A DNA stretch of 63,322 nt from assembly GCA_035499145.1 (NCBI GenBank), contig DATJZK010000109.1, forward strand, positions 1 through 63,322, written 5' to 3'. Both the position numbers and the translations under genes were made by a program. This DNA comes from Thermoplasmata archaeon (lineage in GTDB: Archaea; Thermoplasmatota; Thermoplasmata; Lutacidiplasmatales; UBA184). Shown piece by piece: positions 9,029-18,235 of the stretch (its first letter is position 1; the number at the start of each line of letters is the position of its first letter). The notes below the pieces were generated by a model. The model saw nothing but the letters and a program-made list of their open reading frames with translations. It was not told where the DNA came from and did not search any database.

Positions 9029-11158
9029 CTAGGCGCCCCGGGCGCGAAAGGTGACCGCGACCGACGTGGGGGCTCCGCGGACCCGCACGGTCGTGGGGTG
9101 GGCCGAGGCGGCGTAGCCGGCGACCGGCCCGATCCGGAACGCGTAGCTGCCGTTCCCGAGGACGAACGCGATCGAACTGCCGTTCGAGGTGAGCGTCGTC
9201 CCGTGCATCCGCACGCTCCAGACGGTGCCGGCCGGCAGGCCGACCTCGGAGAACGTGATCGCGTACGGGAAGACGTAGTGGAGCGAGACGGGGGCGCCCC
9301 GCGTCGTCAGCGTCAGGGTGCCGGCGAGCGGGATCACGACCCCCCGCAGTTTCGCGGAGATCGTCTGGCCGGCCATCGGCCGCACCGCGTACGGGTACGT
9401 CCCGGGTGTCAGCGCGGCGCGGGCGATCGTGCCGCGCGTGGAGCACGTCTCCCAGCCGATCGTCACGCACCAGAGGGCGTGGTGCGGAAGGCCGTGCTCG
9501 GTCATCGAGATCGAGTACGTCGCTCCGCGCACGAACGTCACTCGCTCGTTGACCGGCGCGCCGGCGACGGTCACGTTGCCCGCGGGGGCGATGCCGAGCA
9601 CGCGGAAGCCGGCGGGGCCGTGGACGAGGTAGGCGAACGAGCCGTTCGGCTCCGCGAAGGAGACGGACGGATGGGTCGACGTGAGGACGATGCCCCCGAC
9701 GCTCGCCGTCCAGAGGTGTCCCGCGGGAAGCCCCGACTCGGAGAAGCTGACGGTGTAGGGCGCCCCGCCGGGGAGCGCGTAGGCCGTCATCGCCCCGTTC
9801 GAGCCGTAGTCGCCGCTCGCGACGAACAGCTCCCCGTCGACGACCACCGGCTCGGTGACGGTCGACTCGTCCCCGGGGAGGGTCGCGTTCCACAGGACCG
9901 ATCCGTTCGCGGCATCGATCGCTTCCACCTCGTCCCCGCCGCCCGCGTAGACCAGGCCGTTCGCCCACGAAAGGGAGCCGAGGATGTCGCCCCCGCCGTA
10001 CATCGGGGCGGCCCAGAGGACGGAGCCGTTGGCCGGGTCGACCGCGTAGACGGTGCTCCCGCCCGCCAGATAGAGCGTGGTGCCGTCGAACGCGCCGCCC
10101 GAGAACCCCCCGCCGGTCCCCAGGTTCCAGCTCGGACCCCAGGTCCCGTTGACCGAGACGTTCGCCCGATCGAGCGCGTAGGCGACCCCGTTCTTGTCCG
10201 ACGCGACCACCATCGGGGTGCCCGCGCCCGTCCAGAGCAGGGTCGGGGTGGAGCCGAAGTCGGCGTCCTGCCCAGCGACGTCCGGGACCTGCCAGGAGCC
10301 CGAGACGTTCAGGGTCGTCGCGTTGAGCCCGACGACGGCGTTCGCGTATCGGGGGTATCCCGGGGGATTCTCGTTGCCGGTCGTCACCCAGATCGAGTTG
10401 TTCGTCGGGTCGAGAGCCGGCGTCGTCCAGATCGACTCCCCGACCAGCCCGACGGGCGTCGCCGCGAACGAGTGGGTGACCGCGTGGGTCGCGAGGCTGA
10501 CCTCGAGCAGTCCCGCCGGGACCAGGGGGTTGTCGAAGCAGCTCGCGGTGCCGATGTAGAGCGAGCCCGCGTGGACCAACGAGCTCGCCCACGCGTAGTA
10601 CCCGTCCGCCTCGGAGCCCGGCAGGAACCGCCACTCCGTCGCCCCGGTCGAGGCGTTCAGCGCGTACCAATACCCGTCCCCGCCACCGAGATAGATCGAG
10701 CCGGCGGCGTACGCCGGGGTCGACGAGATCCCCATCGGCGAGTAGCCGCCGCAGATCGTGTCGACGCCGAGGTAGGTGTGCCAGAGGACGGTCCCGTTCG
10801 CGGCGCCGACCGCGTACTCGTTCCCGCCCCACGAGCCGAAGTACACCGTCCCGTTCACGACGATCGGCGCGCTGAAGTCGGAGCCGTTCGACGGAACGCT
10901 CCAGAGCGGGCGAAGCTCCGAAACGTTCGACGGGGCCAGGATGTGCTCCTGATGGTTCGCCCCGGTCCGTTCGGGATCCGCCATGTAGGTCGGCCAGGAG
11001 GCGACGCCCCCGGAGCTCGGATGGATCGACGGGGACGGGGCGCCGATCTCGGGCACCGGAAGGTGCGGACTGGAGGCCCCGATCGCCGGGGCGACCCCGG
11101 TGGCGATCGACGCGGTCGCCAGGAGCGCGACGACGAGCGCGATGGCGCGGTGGACCAC
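9029..11158 (-). CDS. Secreted PQQ-like beta-propeller protein with three C-terminal thermopsin-type repeat domains
   Basis: 709 aa. Signal/anchor MVHRAIALVVALLATASIATGVA. Repeated 'G.VY.GS.DG.LYA.dA.tG..lW' propeller blades. C-terminal repeats YTVSFSESGLPAGHLWTASVGG, YSISMTEHGLPHHALWCVTIG and YAITFSEVGLPAGTVWSVRMHG. Many N-x-S/T sequons. Confidence 0.8.
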   Translation of the reverse strand: MVHRAIALVVALLATASIATGVAPAIGASSPHLPVPEIGAPSPSIHPSSGGVASWPTYMADPERTGANHQEHILAPSNVSELRPLWSVPSNGSDFSAPIVVNGTVYFGSWGGNEYAVGAANGTVLWHTYLGVDTICGGYSPMGISSTPAYAAGSIYLGGGDGYWYALNASTGATEWRFLPGSEADGYYAWASSLVHAGSLYIGTASCFDNPLVPAGLLEVSLATHAVTHSFAATPVGLVGESIWTTPALDPTNNSIWVTTGNENPPGYPRYANAVVGLNATTLNVSGSWQVPDVAGQDADFGSTPTLLWTGAGTPMVVASDKNGVAYALDRANVSVNGTWGPSWNLGTGGGFSGGAFDGTTLYLAGGSTVYAVDPANGSVLWAAPMYGGGDILGSLSWANGLVYAGGGDEVEAIDAANGSVLWNATLPGDESTVTEPVVVDGELFVASGDYGSNGAMTAYALPGGAPYTVSFSESGLPAGHLWTASVGGIVLTSTHPSVSFAEPNGSFAYLVHGPAGFRVLGIAPAGNVTVAGAPVNERVTFVRGATYSISMTEHGLPHHALWCVTIGWETCSTRGTIARAALTPGTYPYAVRPMAGQTISAKLRGVVIPLAGTLTLTTRGAPVSLHYVFPYAITFSEVGLPAGTVWSVRMHGTTLTSNGSSIAFVLGNGSYAFRIGPVAGYAASAHPTTVRVRGAPTSVAVTFRARGA

Positions 11159-11296
11159 GCGCTCCCATGAGCCGTTCGAGGGTTAATCCTTCGCATTTCG
11201 CGAACCGACCGGGTCGGCGGAGGGGCCGGTTCCCCCTAGGGCCCGGTCCGGGAGACCCGGGCGACGCCGCGCAGGGACGGCCGGCGCGGGCCTGGC

Positions 11297-12463
11297 TCAC
11301 TTCAGCGATTCCTTCGTTCCGTGGTACAGGTCACGGTCGGGCCGGAGCAGGCCGAACGTCTCCGCATCGACCGCGGGCCGCCCCTTGAGGGCGATCGATG
11401 CGAGGTTGAGCCCGAGTCCCGGTCCGAGCATGAACCCCTGGCCGCACATCCCGATCCCGAGCAGGAGACCGCGGACGTTCGGCGCCCAGCCGGCGATCGG
11501 ATTGCCGTCCGGCGTCATCGGATAGAGGCCGCGCCAGACGCGGCGGATCGTGAGGTTCTTGAGACGGGGGATCAGGTGGACGAGCCGCGCGGCGGCGATC
11601 GGCATGAACTCGAACGTCGAGGTCCGGTTCTCCCCGGGGAACCGCTCCTTCGGCGTGTAGCAGAAGATCACCTGGCCGTCGGCGTCCTGGCCGAAGTAGA
11701 AGTTGATCGTCCGGCCCTCGGGGCCCGGCCGCAGGTCGACGACGAGCGGGTCGAGGAAATCGGCGACCGGAGCGGAGATCCCGGCCTCGTGGCTCTCCGG
11801 GAGGACGGGGAGGTCGACTCCGGCCAAGCGGCAGAGCTCGGTGGCGCGGGCGCCGCCGGTGTTGATCACGACGGGGGCCCGGTACTCCCCCGCCGCGGTT
11901 CGCACCCCGGTGACCGTGTGGTCGTCCCTCACGAAACCGGTCACGGACTCCCGGTAGCGGTACTCGGCGCCGAGGCGAACCGCTTCCCGCGTGAACGATT
12001 CGGAGGCTCGGAGCGGGCTCACCTGGCCGTCGTCCGGTGAGATCGTGCCCCCGCGGAGACCGTCGGGATTGATTCCCGCCACGGCTCGCCGGATCTCCGT
12101 CGCGTCCGCCCAGTCGATGTTGAGGCGGTACGCATGCTGGGTCGGGAGGAGCTTTCGGAGGGTCCCCTCGACCGCGTCGTCGTACGCCGGGAAGCAGTAG
12201 CCGCCCTTCTTCCACCCGATGTCGGTTCCGGTCGCCGACCGCCATCCCGAGAAGATCTCGAGGCTCTGCTGGGCGAGCCGGATCTTCGCGGGGTCGGAGT
12301 GGGTCGCGCGGACCCCTCCGATCGCTGCCTTGTTCTGCCCCTGGCCCGACGACGCCCGCTCGTCGAGGACGAGGGTCCGCGCGCCGGCGCGGGCCAGGAA
12401 GTAGGCGGTCGGGTTGCCGACCGATCCGGCCCCGATCACGATCGCGTCAAACTCGGGCCGCAT
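11297..12463 (-). CDS. FAD-dependent oxidoreductase, sarcosine oxidase beta / L-proline dehydrogenase beta-like (DAO family)
   Basis: 388 aa. FAD motif DAIVIGAGSVGNPTAYFLARAG. DAO-family layout. Overlaps the upstream alpha-like gene by 17 nt. P5C dehydrogenase lies divergently nearby. Confidence 0.8.
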   Translation of the reverse strand: MRPEFDAIVIGAGSVGNPTAYFLARAGARTLVLDERASSGQGQNKAAIGGVRATHSDPAKIRLAQQSLEIFSGWRSATGTDIGWKKGGYCFPAYDDAVEGTLRKLLPTQHAYRLNIDWADATEIRRAVAGINPDGLRGGTISPDDGQVSPLRASESFTREAVRLGAEYRYRESVTGFVRDDHTVTGVRTAAGEYRAPVVINTGGARATELCRLAGVDLPVLPESHEAGISAPVADFLDPLVVDLRPGPEGRTINFYFGQDADGQVIFCYTPKERFPGENRTSTFEFMPIAAARLVHLIPRLKNLTIRRVWRGLYPMTPDGNPIAGWAPNVRGLLLGIGMCGQGFMLGPGLGLNLASIALKGRPAVDAETFGLLRPDRDLYHGTKESLK

Positions 12464-14540
12464 CGTCCCCCTCCGCCAGGAACGCTGTGATCGGGACCTC
12501 CTGGACGAACGGCCGGTGCACGGGGGGAGCGACCGCGCGGGAGTCGATGCCGAGCTCGCGGAACACGCGCAGGATCAGCTCTTCGCACGTCTTTCCCCCG
12601 CACGGTCCCATGCCGCTCCGGAGACCGGCCTTCACGGCGTTGAGGTCGCGGGCCCCGGTCTCCAGCACGTAGTCGATCACGCGTTCACGGGTGACGCGTT
12701 CGCACCGGCAGAGGATCGTCGCGTCGTTCGCCCCTCCGCGGTCCGACGCGAGCGGGACGAGCGGCTCCGGGCTCTTCGCCCGGACGCCGGCGATCCGGTC
12801 GGCCTCCCCCGCCGGTGCGTCCAGGACGAGGATCCGTCGGTGGTTGAGCGCCTTGCCGCCGAGGATCCGGACGACCCTCGCCTGCCCGACGACCTCGCCC
12901 TCGAAGCCGGTCGTCGTCACGGTGTCGCCGGCGGCCACGACCGTCTCGGGCATCTCCCAGGCAAGCGACACCTTCGCGCGCTCCCCCGCGGGGTCCGCGC
13001 GACGGTCGACCATCGAGATCGCGAGCCCCGGGCAGATCGCGACGCACTTGAGGCAGCCGACACAGTCGCCGACGAGCTTCGGCCGCCCGAGCAGGTTCCC
13101 CTCGGGGATCGCGATGCTGTCCTTCGGGCAGACGGTCGTGCACGGATCGCACGGGATCTCCTGGGCGCACCGGAGGATCGGATAGACCCCGACCGGGGCC
13201 GGGAGCGGGTACAGGCCCCGGACCGGTCCGGGGTGCGAGGCGAGCGTAGCGCCGATCGCCCGCCACGCCTCGGGGACGTCGACCGGGACTCCCAGGTCCC
13301 GCAGGATGGTCCGGGCCGCGACCTTCCCGGAGAAGAGGGCGGCGGACGCCTCGGCGATCTCCCGGGTGTCGCCCGCCGCGTAGACGCGGAGGCCGAGCCG
13401 CTGGCCCTCCTCGTACAGCTCCTTCACGGGGGAGAGGCCGACCGCGACAAGGACCGTGTCGACCGCGAACTCCACCTCGGTGCCGGGGATCGGGCGGAGC
13501 TTCCCGTCGACCCGGGCCGCGACCACGCGCTCGACGTGCTCCCGTCCCTCGGCGCGGAGGACGGTGGTGGACGTGTGAACCGGGATCCCGAGGCGGAGGA
13601 GCTTGTCTCGGTGGACCTTGTAGCCGCCGACCTCGGGCAGAATCTCGACGACGGCCGCCACATCGATACCGGCTTGGAGCGCCTGGTAGGCGACGATCAG
13701 GCCCACGTTCCCGCCCCCGACGATCAGCAATCGTCGCGCCGGCCGGATCCGGTCCCGGTTGACGAGCGTCTGGAACGCTCCCGCCCCGTAGACCCCCGGC
13801 AGGTCGGCCCCGGGGAATGCCAGCGCCTTCTCGCGTGCTCCCGCGGCGACGAGGAGCGCCTTCGGACGGACGATCGCGAATCGGCCCTGGCGAACGACCC
13901 CGACCGCGCCGCCGTCGAACACCCCGACGACGGGCGACTCGGTCCACACCGTGACTTCGGGACGGGCCCGGACCGCTCGTTCGAGGATCGAGCCGATCTC
14001 GGTCCCGCGACGACCTGCGTAGCAGTCGGCGGCCGAGCCGAAGAAATTGTGCGTCTGCAGGCTCAGCTTGCCGCCGAGCGCGGCCTTGTCGTCGCAGAGG
14101 ATGACGCGGACGCCGTGCTCGGCGATCTCGGCGGTCGCCGCCAGCCCGGCGGGCCCGCCTCCCACGACGAGCACGTCGGTGGTCACCTCCTCCAGCCGGG
14201 GCGTTGCAGCGATCGGGACATCGTCCGGCTCCAGTTCCGGTCGGCCGACGAGCGAGCGGACGCGCAGCCCCGGCCGGACGGCGGTGACGCACGCCTTCAC
14301 CGCGCGGCCGTCGGCGACGACCAGGCACTGGGCGCACTGGCCGTTCGCGCAGAAGATCCCCTGCGGCGCCCCGTCCTTCTCGTGGCGTCCGAAGACGTGG
14401 ATCCCGTTCGCGAACAGCGCCGAGGAGATCGGCTCCCCGCGATGGGCCGGGAGGGCCCGGCCGTCGAATGTGATCTCCACCGTCTCCGGCGCCGCCGGGA
14501 CGTCGAGCACCGGGTGACGATCGATCCGATCGGGCGCCAT
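12447..14540 (-). CDS. Fused [2Fe-2S] / FAD-NAD(P) oxidoreductase / 2x[4Fe-4S] ferredoxin / BFD-like [2Fe-2S] subunit (SoxA/HcnAB/proline dehydrogenase alpha-like)
   Basis: 697 aa. N-terminal GIFCANGQCAQCLVVADGRAVKAC. Dinucleotide motifs VLVVGGGPAGLAA and LLIVGGGNVGL. Ferredoxin motifs CDPCTTVCP and CVGCLKCVAICP. C-terminal BFD-like CRCERVT...GPCGGKTC. Confidence 0.8.
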   Translation of the reverse strand: MAPDRIDRHPVLDVPAAPETVEITFDGRALPAHRGEPISSALFANGIHVFGRHEKDGAPQGIFCANGQCAQCLVVADGRAVKACVTAVRPGLRVRSLVGRPELEPDDVPIAATPRLEEVTTDVLVVGGGPAGLAATAEIAEHGVRVILCDDKAALGGKLSLQTHNFFGSAADCYAGRRGTEIGSILERAVRARPEVTVWTESPVVGVFDGGAVGVVRQGRFAIVRPKALLVAAGAREKALAFPGADLPGVYGAGAFQTLVNRDRIRPARRLLIVGGGNVGLIVAYQALQAGIDVAAVVEILPEVGGYKVHRDKLLRLGIPVHTSTTVLRAEGREHVERVVAARVDGKLRPIPGTEVEFAVDTVLVAVGLSPVKELYEEGQRLGLRVYAAGDTREIAEASAALFSGKVAARTILRDLGVPVDVPEAWRAIGATLASHPGPVRGLYPLPAPVGVYPILRCAQEIPCDPCTTVCPKDSIAIPEGNLLGRPKLVGDCVGCLKCVAICPGLAISMVDRRADPAGERAKVSLAWEMPETVVAAGDTVTTTGFEGEVVGQARVVRILGGKALNHRRILVLDAPAGEADRIAGVRAKSPEPLVPLASDRGGANDATILCRCERVTRERVIDYVLETGARDLNAVKAGLRSGMGPCGGKTCEELILRVFRELGIDSRAVAPPVHRPFVQEVPITAFLAEGDDAARV

Positions 14541-14542
14541 CG

Positions 14543-14583
14543 CCCCCTCTCGGCGGTTCGAGGGGGCCCCCTCGACTTAAGGG
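14543..14583. promoter_or_regulatory. Palindromic operator candidate plus TATA-like CTTAAG in the divergent dehydrogenase/pruA promoter
   Basis: ccccctc (14543-14549), then a 10-nt spacer, then a perfect 14-bp palindrome gagggggccccctc (14560-14573), followed directly by gacttaagg. The ATG of pruA is at 14628. Confidence 0.35.
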
Positions 14584-14627
14584 ACGTATCAAGGGGAGTT
14601 GACGGCATCGTTACGTTCCCCGGCCCG

Positions 14628-16259
14628 ATGGACGCCCCTATGAGCTGGAACGTCGAGCGTCCGGTGAACGACGTCAACACGATCCGTGCCTACCCCCCGA
14701 ACTCGCCGGACCGCCGTCGCCTCGAGGACGAGCTCGCCGCGATGCGGAAGGCCCCCACGGAGGTCCCGCTCGTGATCGGGGGACGCGAGCGGAAGAGCGC
14801 CTCGGTGGTCGACGTGCGGTGCCCCGACGACCACGGGGTCGTCCTCGCGCGGGCGCACCTCGCGGGCCCGGCCGAGCTGAAGGAGGCGATCGATGCGGCG
14901 CTCGCCGCGCAGGCGGCGTGGGCGCGGATGGATTGGTACCACCGCGCGGCGGTGTTCGTGAAGGCGGCAGCCCTGCTCGCGGGCCCGCGCCGCGCGCGTA
15001 ACATCGCGGCGATCATGCTCAACCACTCGAAGAACCCGTACGAGGCCGAGATCGACCTCGCCGAGCTGGTCGACTTCTGGAACTTCAACGCCCACTTCGT
15101 CCGTCAGATCTACGAGATCCAGCCGGCCCAGTACCCGGGCGAGACGAACCGGTTCGACTGGCGACCGCTCGAAGGGTTCGTCCTCGCCGTGCCCCCGTTC
15201 AACTTCTACTCGATCGCCGGCAACCTGCCGACCGCCCCGGCGATCGTGGGGAACGTCGCGCTCTGGAAGCCGGCTCGCTCCGTGATCCTGTCGAACTACG
15301 AGATCTTCCGCGTGCTCATCGAGGCCGGCCTCCCCGCCGGGGTCGTCAACTTCGTGCCGTTCGCGAGCGCCGACGCGCCGACCGTGCTCGATCACCCGGA
15401 CCTCGCCGGGATCCACTTCACCGGCAGCTACGACACGCTCGTCGCGATCTGGAAGCGGGTCGGGGCGAACCTCGAGAAATACCGGAACTTCCCCCGGATC
15501 GTCGGCGAGACCGGCGGGAAGGATTTCATCTTCATGCACCCGAGCGCGGACGCCCGGGGGACGGCGATCAACCTGCTGCGCGGGGCGTTCGAGTACCAGG
15601 GCCAGAAATGCTCCGCCTGCTCGCGCGCGTACATCCCCGAGAGCCGCTGGGCGGAGGTCGAGCGGATCCTGAAGGAGGAGGTCCCGAAGGTGACGGTCGG
15701 CCCGACCGCCGACCTGAGGAACCTGATGGGGGCGGTGATCGACGAAGCGTCGTTCCGGAACATACGGACGTACCTCGACTTCGCCCGCGCCCACCCGAAG
15801 GAGTACACGTTCGTCGTCGACGGCGCGACCGACGGCGCACGCGGGTGGTTCGTCCACCCGACCGTCGTGCGGACGACCGACCCGCGCGGGAAGCTGATGA
15901 GCGAGGAGATCTTCGGCCCGGTGCTGACGCTCTACGTCTACCCGGACGACCAGTTCGAGGCGACCCTCCAGCTGTGCGATCGGACCAGCCCGTACGCGCT
16001 CACGGGTGCGATCTTCGCCCGCGACGCCGCGGCCGTGACGAAGGCCGAGGAGACGCTCCGGTGGAGCGCCGGGAACTTCTACATCAACGACAAGCCGACC
16101 GGGGCGATCGTCGGCCGCCAGCCGTTCGGCGGCGCTCGCCGTTCCGGCACGAACGACAAGGCCGGCTCGATCCTCAACCTGATGCGCTGGGTGTCGCCGC
16201 GGACGATCAAGGAGACCGCGATCCTCCCGGACGACTGGCGGCGTCCGTTCCTGGGCTAG
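14628..16259 (+). CDS. pruA: L-glutamate gamma-semialdehyde (1-pyrroline-5-carboxylate) dehydrogenase
   Basis: The C-terminal 543 codons of the 1281-aa track ORF are an aldehyde dehydrogenase. Motifs: FNFYSIAGNL, WKPARS, GETGGKDF, and catalytic Cys in EYQGQKCSACSR. The N-terminus MDAPMSWNVERPVNDV... is P5CDH-like. The upstream 738 codons are antisense shadow. Confidence 0.88.
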   Translation: MDAPMSWNVERPVNDVNTIRAYPPNSPDRRRLEDELAAMRKAPTEVPLVIGGRERKSASVVDVRCPDDHGVVLARAHLAGPAELKEAIDAALAAQAAWARMDWYHRAAVFVKAAALLAGPRRARNIAAIMLNHSKNPYEAEIDLAELVDFWNFNAHFVRQIYEIQPAQYPGETNRFDWRPLEGFVLAVPPFNFYSIAGNLPTAPAIVGNVALWKPARSVILSNYEIFRVLIEAGLPAGVVNFVPFASADAPTVLDHPDLAGIHFTGSYDTLVAIWKRVGANLEKYRNFPRIVGETGGKDFIFMHPSADARGTAINLLRGAFEYQGQKCSACSRAYIPESRWAEVERILKEEVPKVTVGPTADLRNLMGAVIDEASFRNIRTYLDFARAHPKEYTFVVDGATDGARGWFVHPTVVRTTDPRGKLMSEEIFGPVLTLYVYPDDQFEATLQLCDRTSPYALTGAIFARDAAAVTKAEETLRWSAGNFYINDKPTGAIVGRQPFGGARRSGTNDKAGSILNLMRWVSPRTIKETAILPDDWRRPFLG

Positions 16260-16275
16260 GAGGATCGCGGCCGCC

Positions 16276-16761
16276 GTGCCTGCCGCCCCGCGACCGTCCG
16301 CACCGACGCTCCGGACGTACCGGGCCGGCGACCTGCCGGCGGTGCGCCGGATCTGGCGCGACGGCGGACTCCACCTCGGCCCGTCCGACACCGCGGTCGA
16401 GATCGAGCGGCAGCGTCGCCGGGACCCCGACCTCTACCTGGTCGCAGTGGTGCGCGGACGGGTCGTCGGCGCGGTGCTCGGGCGGTACGACGGCCGACGC
16501 GGGTGGATCAACCATCTGGCGGTCGCCCGGGCGCACCGCTCCCGGGGGGTCGGCGCCGCGCTCGTCGTCGAGGTCGAGCGTCGCCTTCGGGCGAAAGGCT
16601 GCCCCAAGGTGAACCTCCACGTGACGCGCGGGAACGCCGGGGTCACGGCGTTCTACGCGGCGCTCGGCTACTCCGTGAGCGATCACCTCCTGCTGGAGAA
16701 GTGGCTCCGCCCGGGGCGCTCCCGCCCGCCGGGGCGCCGCTCCGCGGACCAGTCTAAATAG
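16276..16761 (+). CDS. GNAT-family N-acetyltransferase
   Basis: 161 aa. Acetyl-CoA motif INHLAVARAHRSRGVGAALV and the C-terminal AFYAALGY motif. Confidence 0.8.
   Translation: MPAAPRPSAPTLRTYRAGDLPAVRRIWRDGGLHLGPSDTAVEIERQRRRDPDLYLVAVVRGRVVGAVLGRYDGRRGWINHLAVARAHRSRGVGAALVVEVERRLRAKGCPKVNLHVTRGNAGVTAFYAALGYSVSDHLLLEKWLRPGRSRPPGRRSADQSK
16755..16760 (+). promoter_or_regulatory. TATA box (TAAATA, context tctaaatagcgg)
   Basis: 28 nt upstream of ATG 16783. The same TAAATA(G/C)CGG context recurs at five other gene starts. Confidence 0.5.
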
Positions 16762-16782
16762 CGGTCCGTCGTCCGCCGGACG

Positions 16783-17067
16783 ATGGCACGAACGGCCCGC
16801 TCGCCCCCGCGTCCGGCTCGGCGCGCACGCGGCCGCCCGGCGCCGATCGTCGTCCGGCCGGCCGGGGTGTCGCTCTCCGAGGACCCGCATGCGCACGTCG
16901 TCTGCCGAGTTTGCGGTCGGATCCAGGGGATGGAGCTGAACGAGCTCGACCGTCATCTGCTGACCGAGCTCGCCGGGCTGCACCCCGAAGGATGGAGCGT
17001 CGAGCAGATCGCCTTCTCGCTCACGGGCGCCTGCCGCCGATGTCGCGAGGGGCCGCCCGGTCGCTGA
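16783..17067 (+). CDS. Fur-family C-terminal (metal-binding/dimerisation) domain protein lacking the N-terminal winged-helix DNA-binding domain
   Basis: 94 aa. HAHVVCRVCGRIQGMEL...FSLTGACRRCRE matches the Fur/PerR HxHxxCxxCG...CxxC structural-metal module. The first 35 aa are Arg/Pro-rich with no HTH. Confidence 0.55.
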   Translation: MARTARSPPRPARRARGRPAPIVVRPAGVSLSEDPHAHVVCRVCGRIQGMELNELDRHLLTELAGLHPEGWSVEQIAFSLTGACRRCREGPPGR

Positions 17068-17079
17068 GCGGTCCTCCCG

Positions 17080-18228
17080 ATGACCGCCTTCTTCACGGCC
17101 CCGTCGATCGCCTGGGGGCCGGGGGCCGTCGAGCAGCTCAGCGGGCTCGGCGCGACCCGGGTCTTCGTCGTCGTCGATCCCCGGGTGGCGGGGAGCCCGC
17201 CGGTGCGCCGGGTCGTCGAGGAGCTCGAGAAATCCGGCGCGACGGTCGAACTCGGTCCCGCGACCGGTGACCCCGATGCACCGGCCGGGATCGACGCCCG
17301 GCTCGACGCCGCCCGGGCGTTCGGTCCCGACTGGATCGTGGCGGTCGGCGGCGGCCGGACGATCGACGGGGCGAAAGCGATCCGGCTCCTGCTCGAGTGC
17401 CCGGAGCTCACGCTCGAGTCGCTCCCCCCCGTCCTTCCCCTGCCGGAGCGGCCGGGACACCGCCTGGTCGCCGTCCCGACGACGAGCGGCAGCGGCGCCG
17501 AGGCGAGCGGCACCCTCGACCTGGTCCGCGCGGACGGCACGCCGTTCGAGCTGTCGGACCGACGGCTCGGCCCCGAGTGGGCGATCGTGGATCCGGGGTT
17601 CGCGGAGGGCGTGCCGGCGCCGGAGGTCGTCCCGACGGCGCTCGAAGCGGCCGGCCAGGCGATCGAGGCGTTCCTCTCGGCGTGGGCCAACCCGTTCTCC
17701 GACGCGCTCGCGCTCGACGCGGTCGTCACGATCGTGCGACGGCTCCCGCACGCGGTGAAGTGGAGCGGCGACCCCGACGCGCCCGCCGCGCTCCACTACG
17801 CCGCGACGAACGCGGGCCTCGCCGCCTCGAACGCCCAGCGCGGTCTCGCCCACGCGCTGGCCCGGGCCCTGGTCCGGCCGACCGGCCGTGCCTACAGCCT
17901 CCTGCTCGGGCTGGTGCTTCCGTCCGTGCTCGAGTTCGACCGCCCGGGCGCCCGGGACCGGCTGGAGCAGCTCGCCGCCGCGGTCGCTCCCCCGGACGAG
18001 CGCGCCGCGACCCCCCTCGCCGTACGCCTGCGGCGGCTCGGCGACACCCTCCGCCTCCCCTCCGATCTCCGTGCGGCCGGCGTCGACCTCGACGAGTTGC
18101 GGCGCGCCCGCGACCGGATCGTCGCCGACACGCTCGCTTCGCCCGCGGTCCTCGCGAACCCCCGCGTGCCGAGCGAGGGCGACGTGCACGCCCTCCTGGA
18201 CCAGCTGACCGGCCGTGGGCCGGCGTAG
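17080..18228 (+). CDS. Iron-containing (group III) alcohol dehydrogenase family protein
   Basis: 382 aa. VAVGGGRTIDGAKAI matches the GGGSxxDxAK motif. Overall Fe-ADH layout. Confidence 0.75.
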   Translation: MTAFFTAPSIAWGPGAVEQLSGLGATRVFVVVDPRVAGSPPVRRVVEELEKSGATVELGPATGDPDAPAGIDARLDAARAFGPDWIVAVGGGRTIDGAKAIRLLLECPELTLESLPPVLPLPERPGHRLVAVPTTSGSGAEASGTLDLVRADGTPFELSDRRLGPEWAIVDPGFAEGVPAPEVVPTALEAAGQAIEAFLSAWANPFSDALALDAVVTIVRRLPHAVKWSGDPDAPAALHYAATNAGLAASNAQRGLAHALARALVRPTGRAYSLLLGLVLPSVLEFDRPGARDRLEQLAAAVAPPDERAATPLAVRLRRLGDTLRLPSDLRAAGVDLDELRRARDRIVADTLASPAVLANPRVPSEGDVHALLDQLTGRGPA

Positions 18229-18235
18229 GCCGAGC

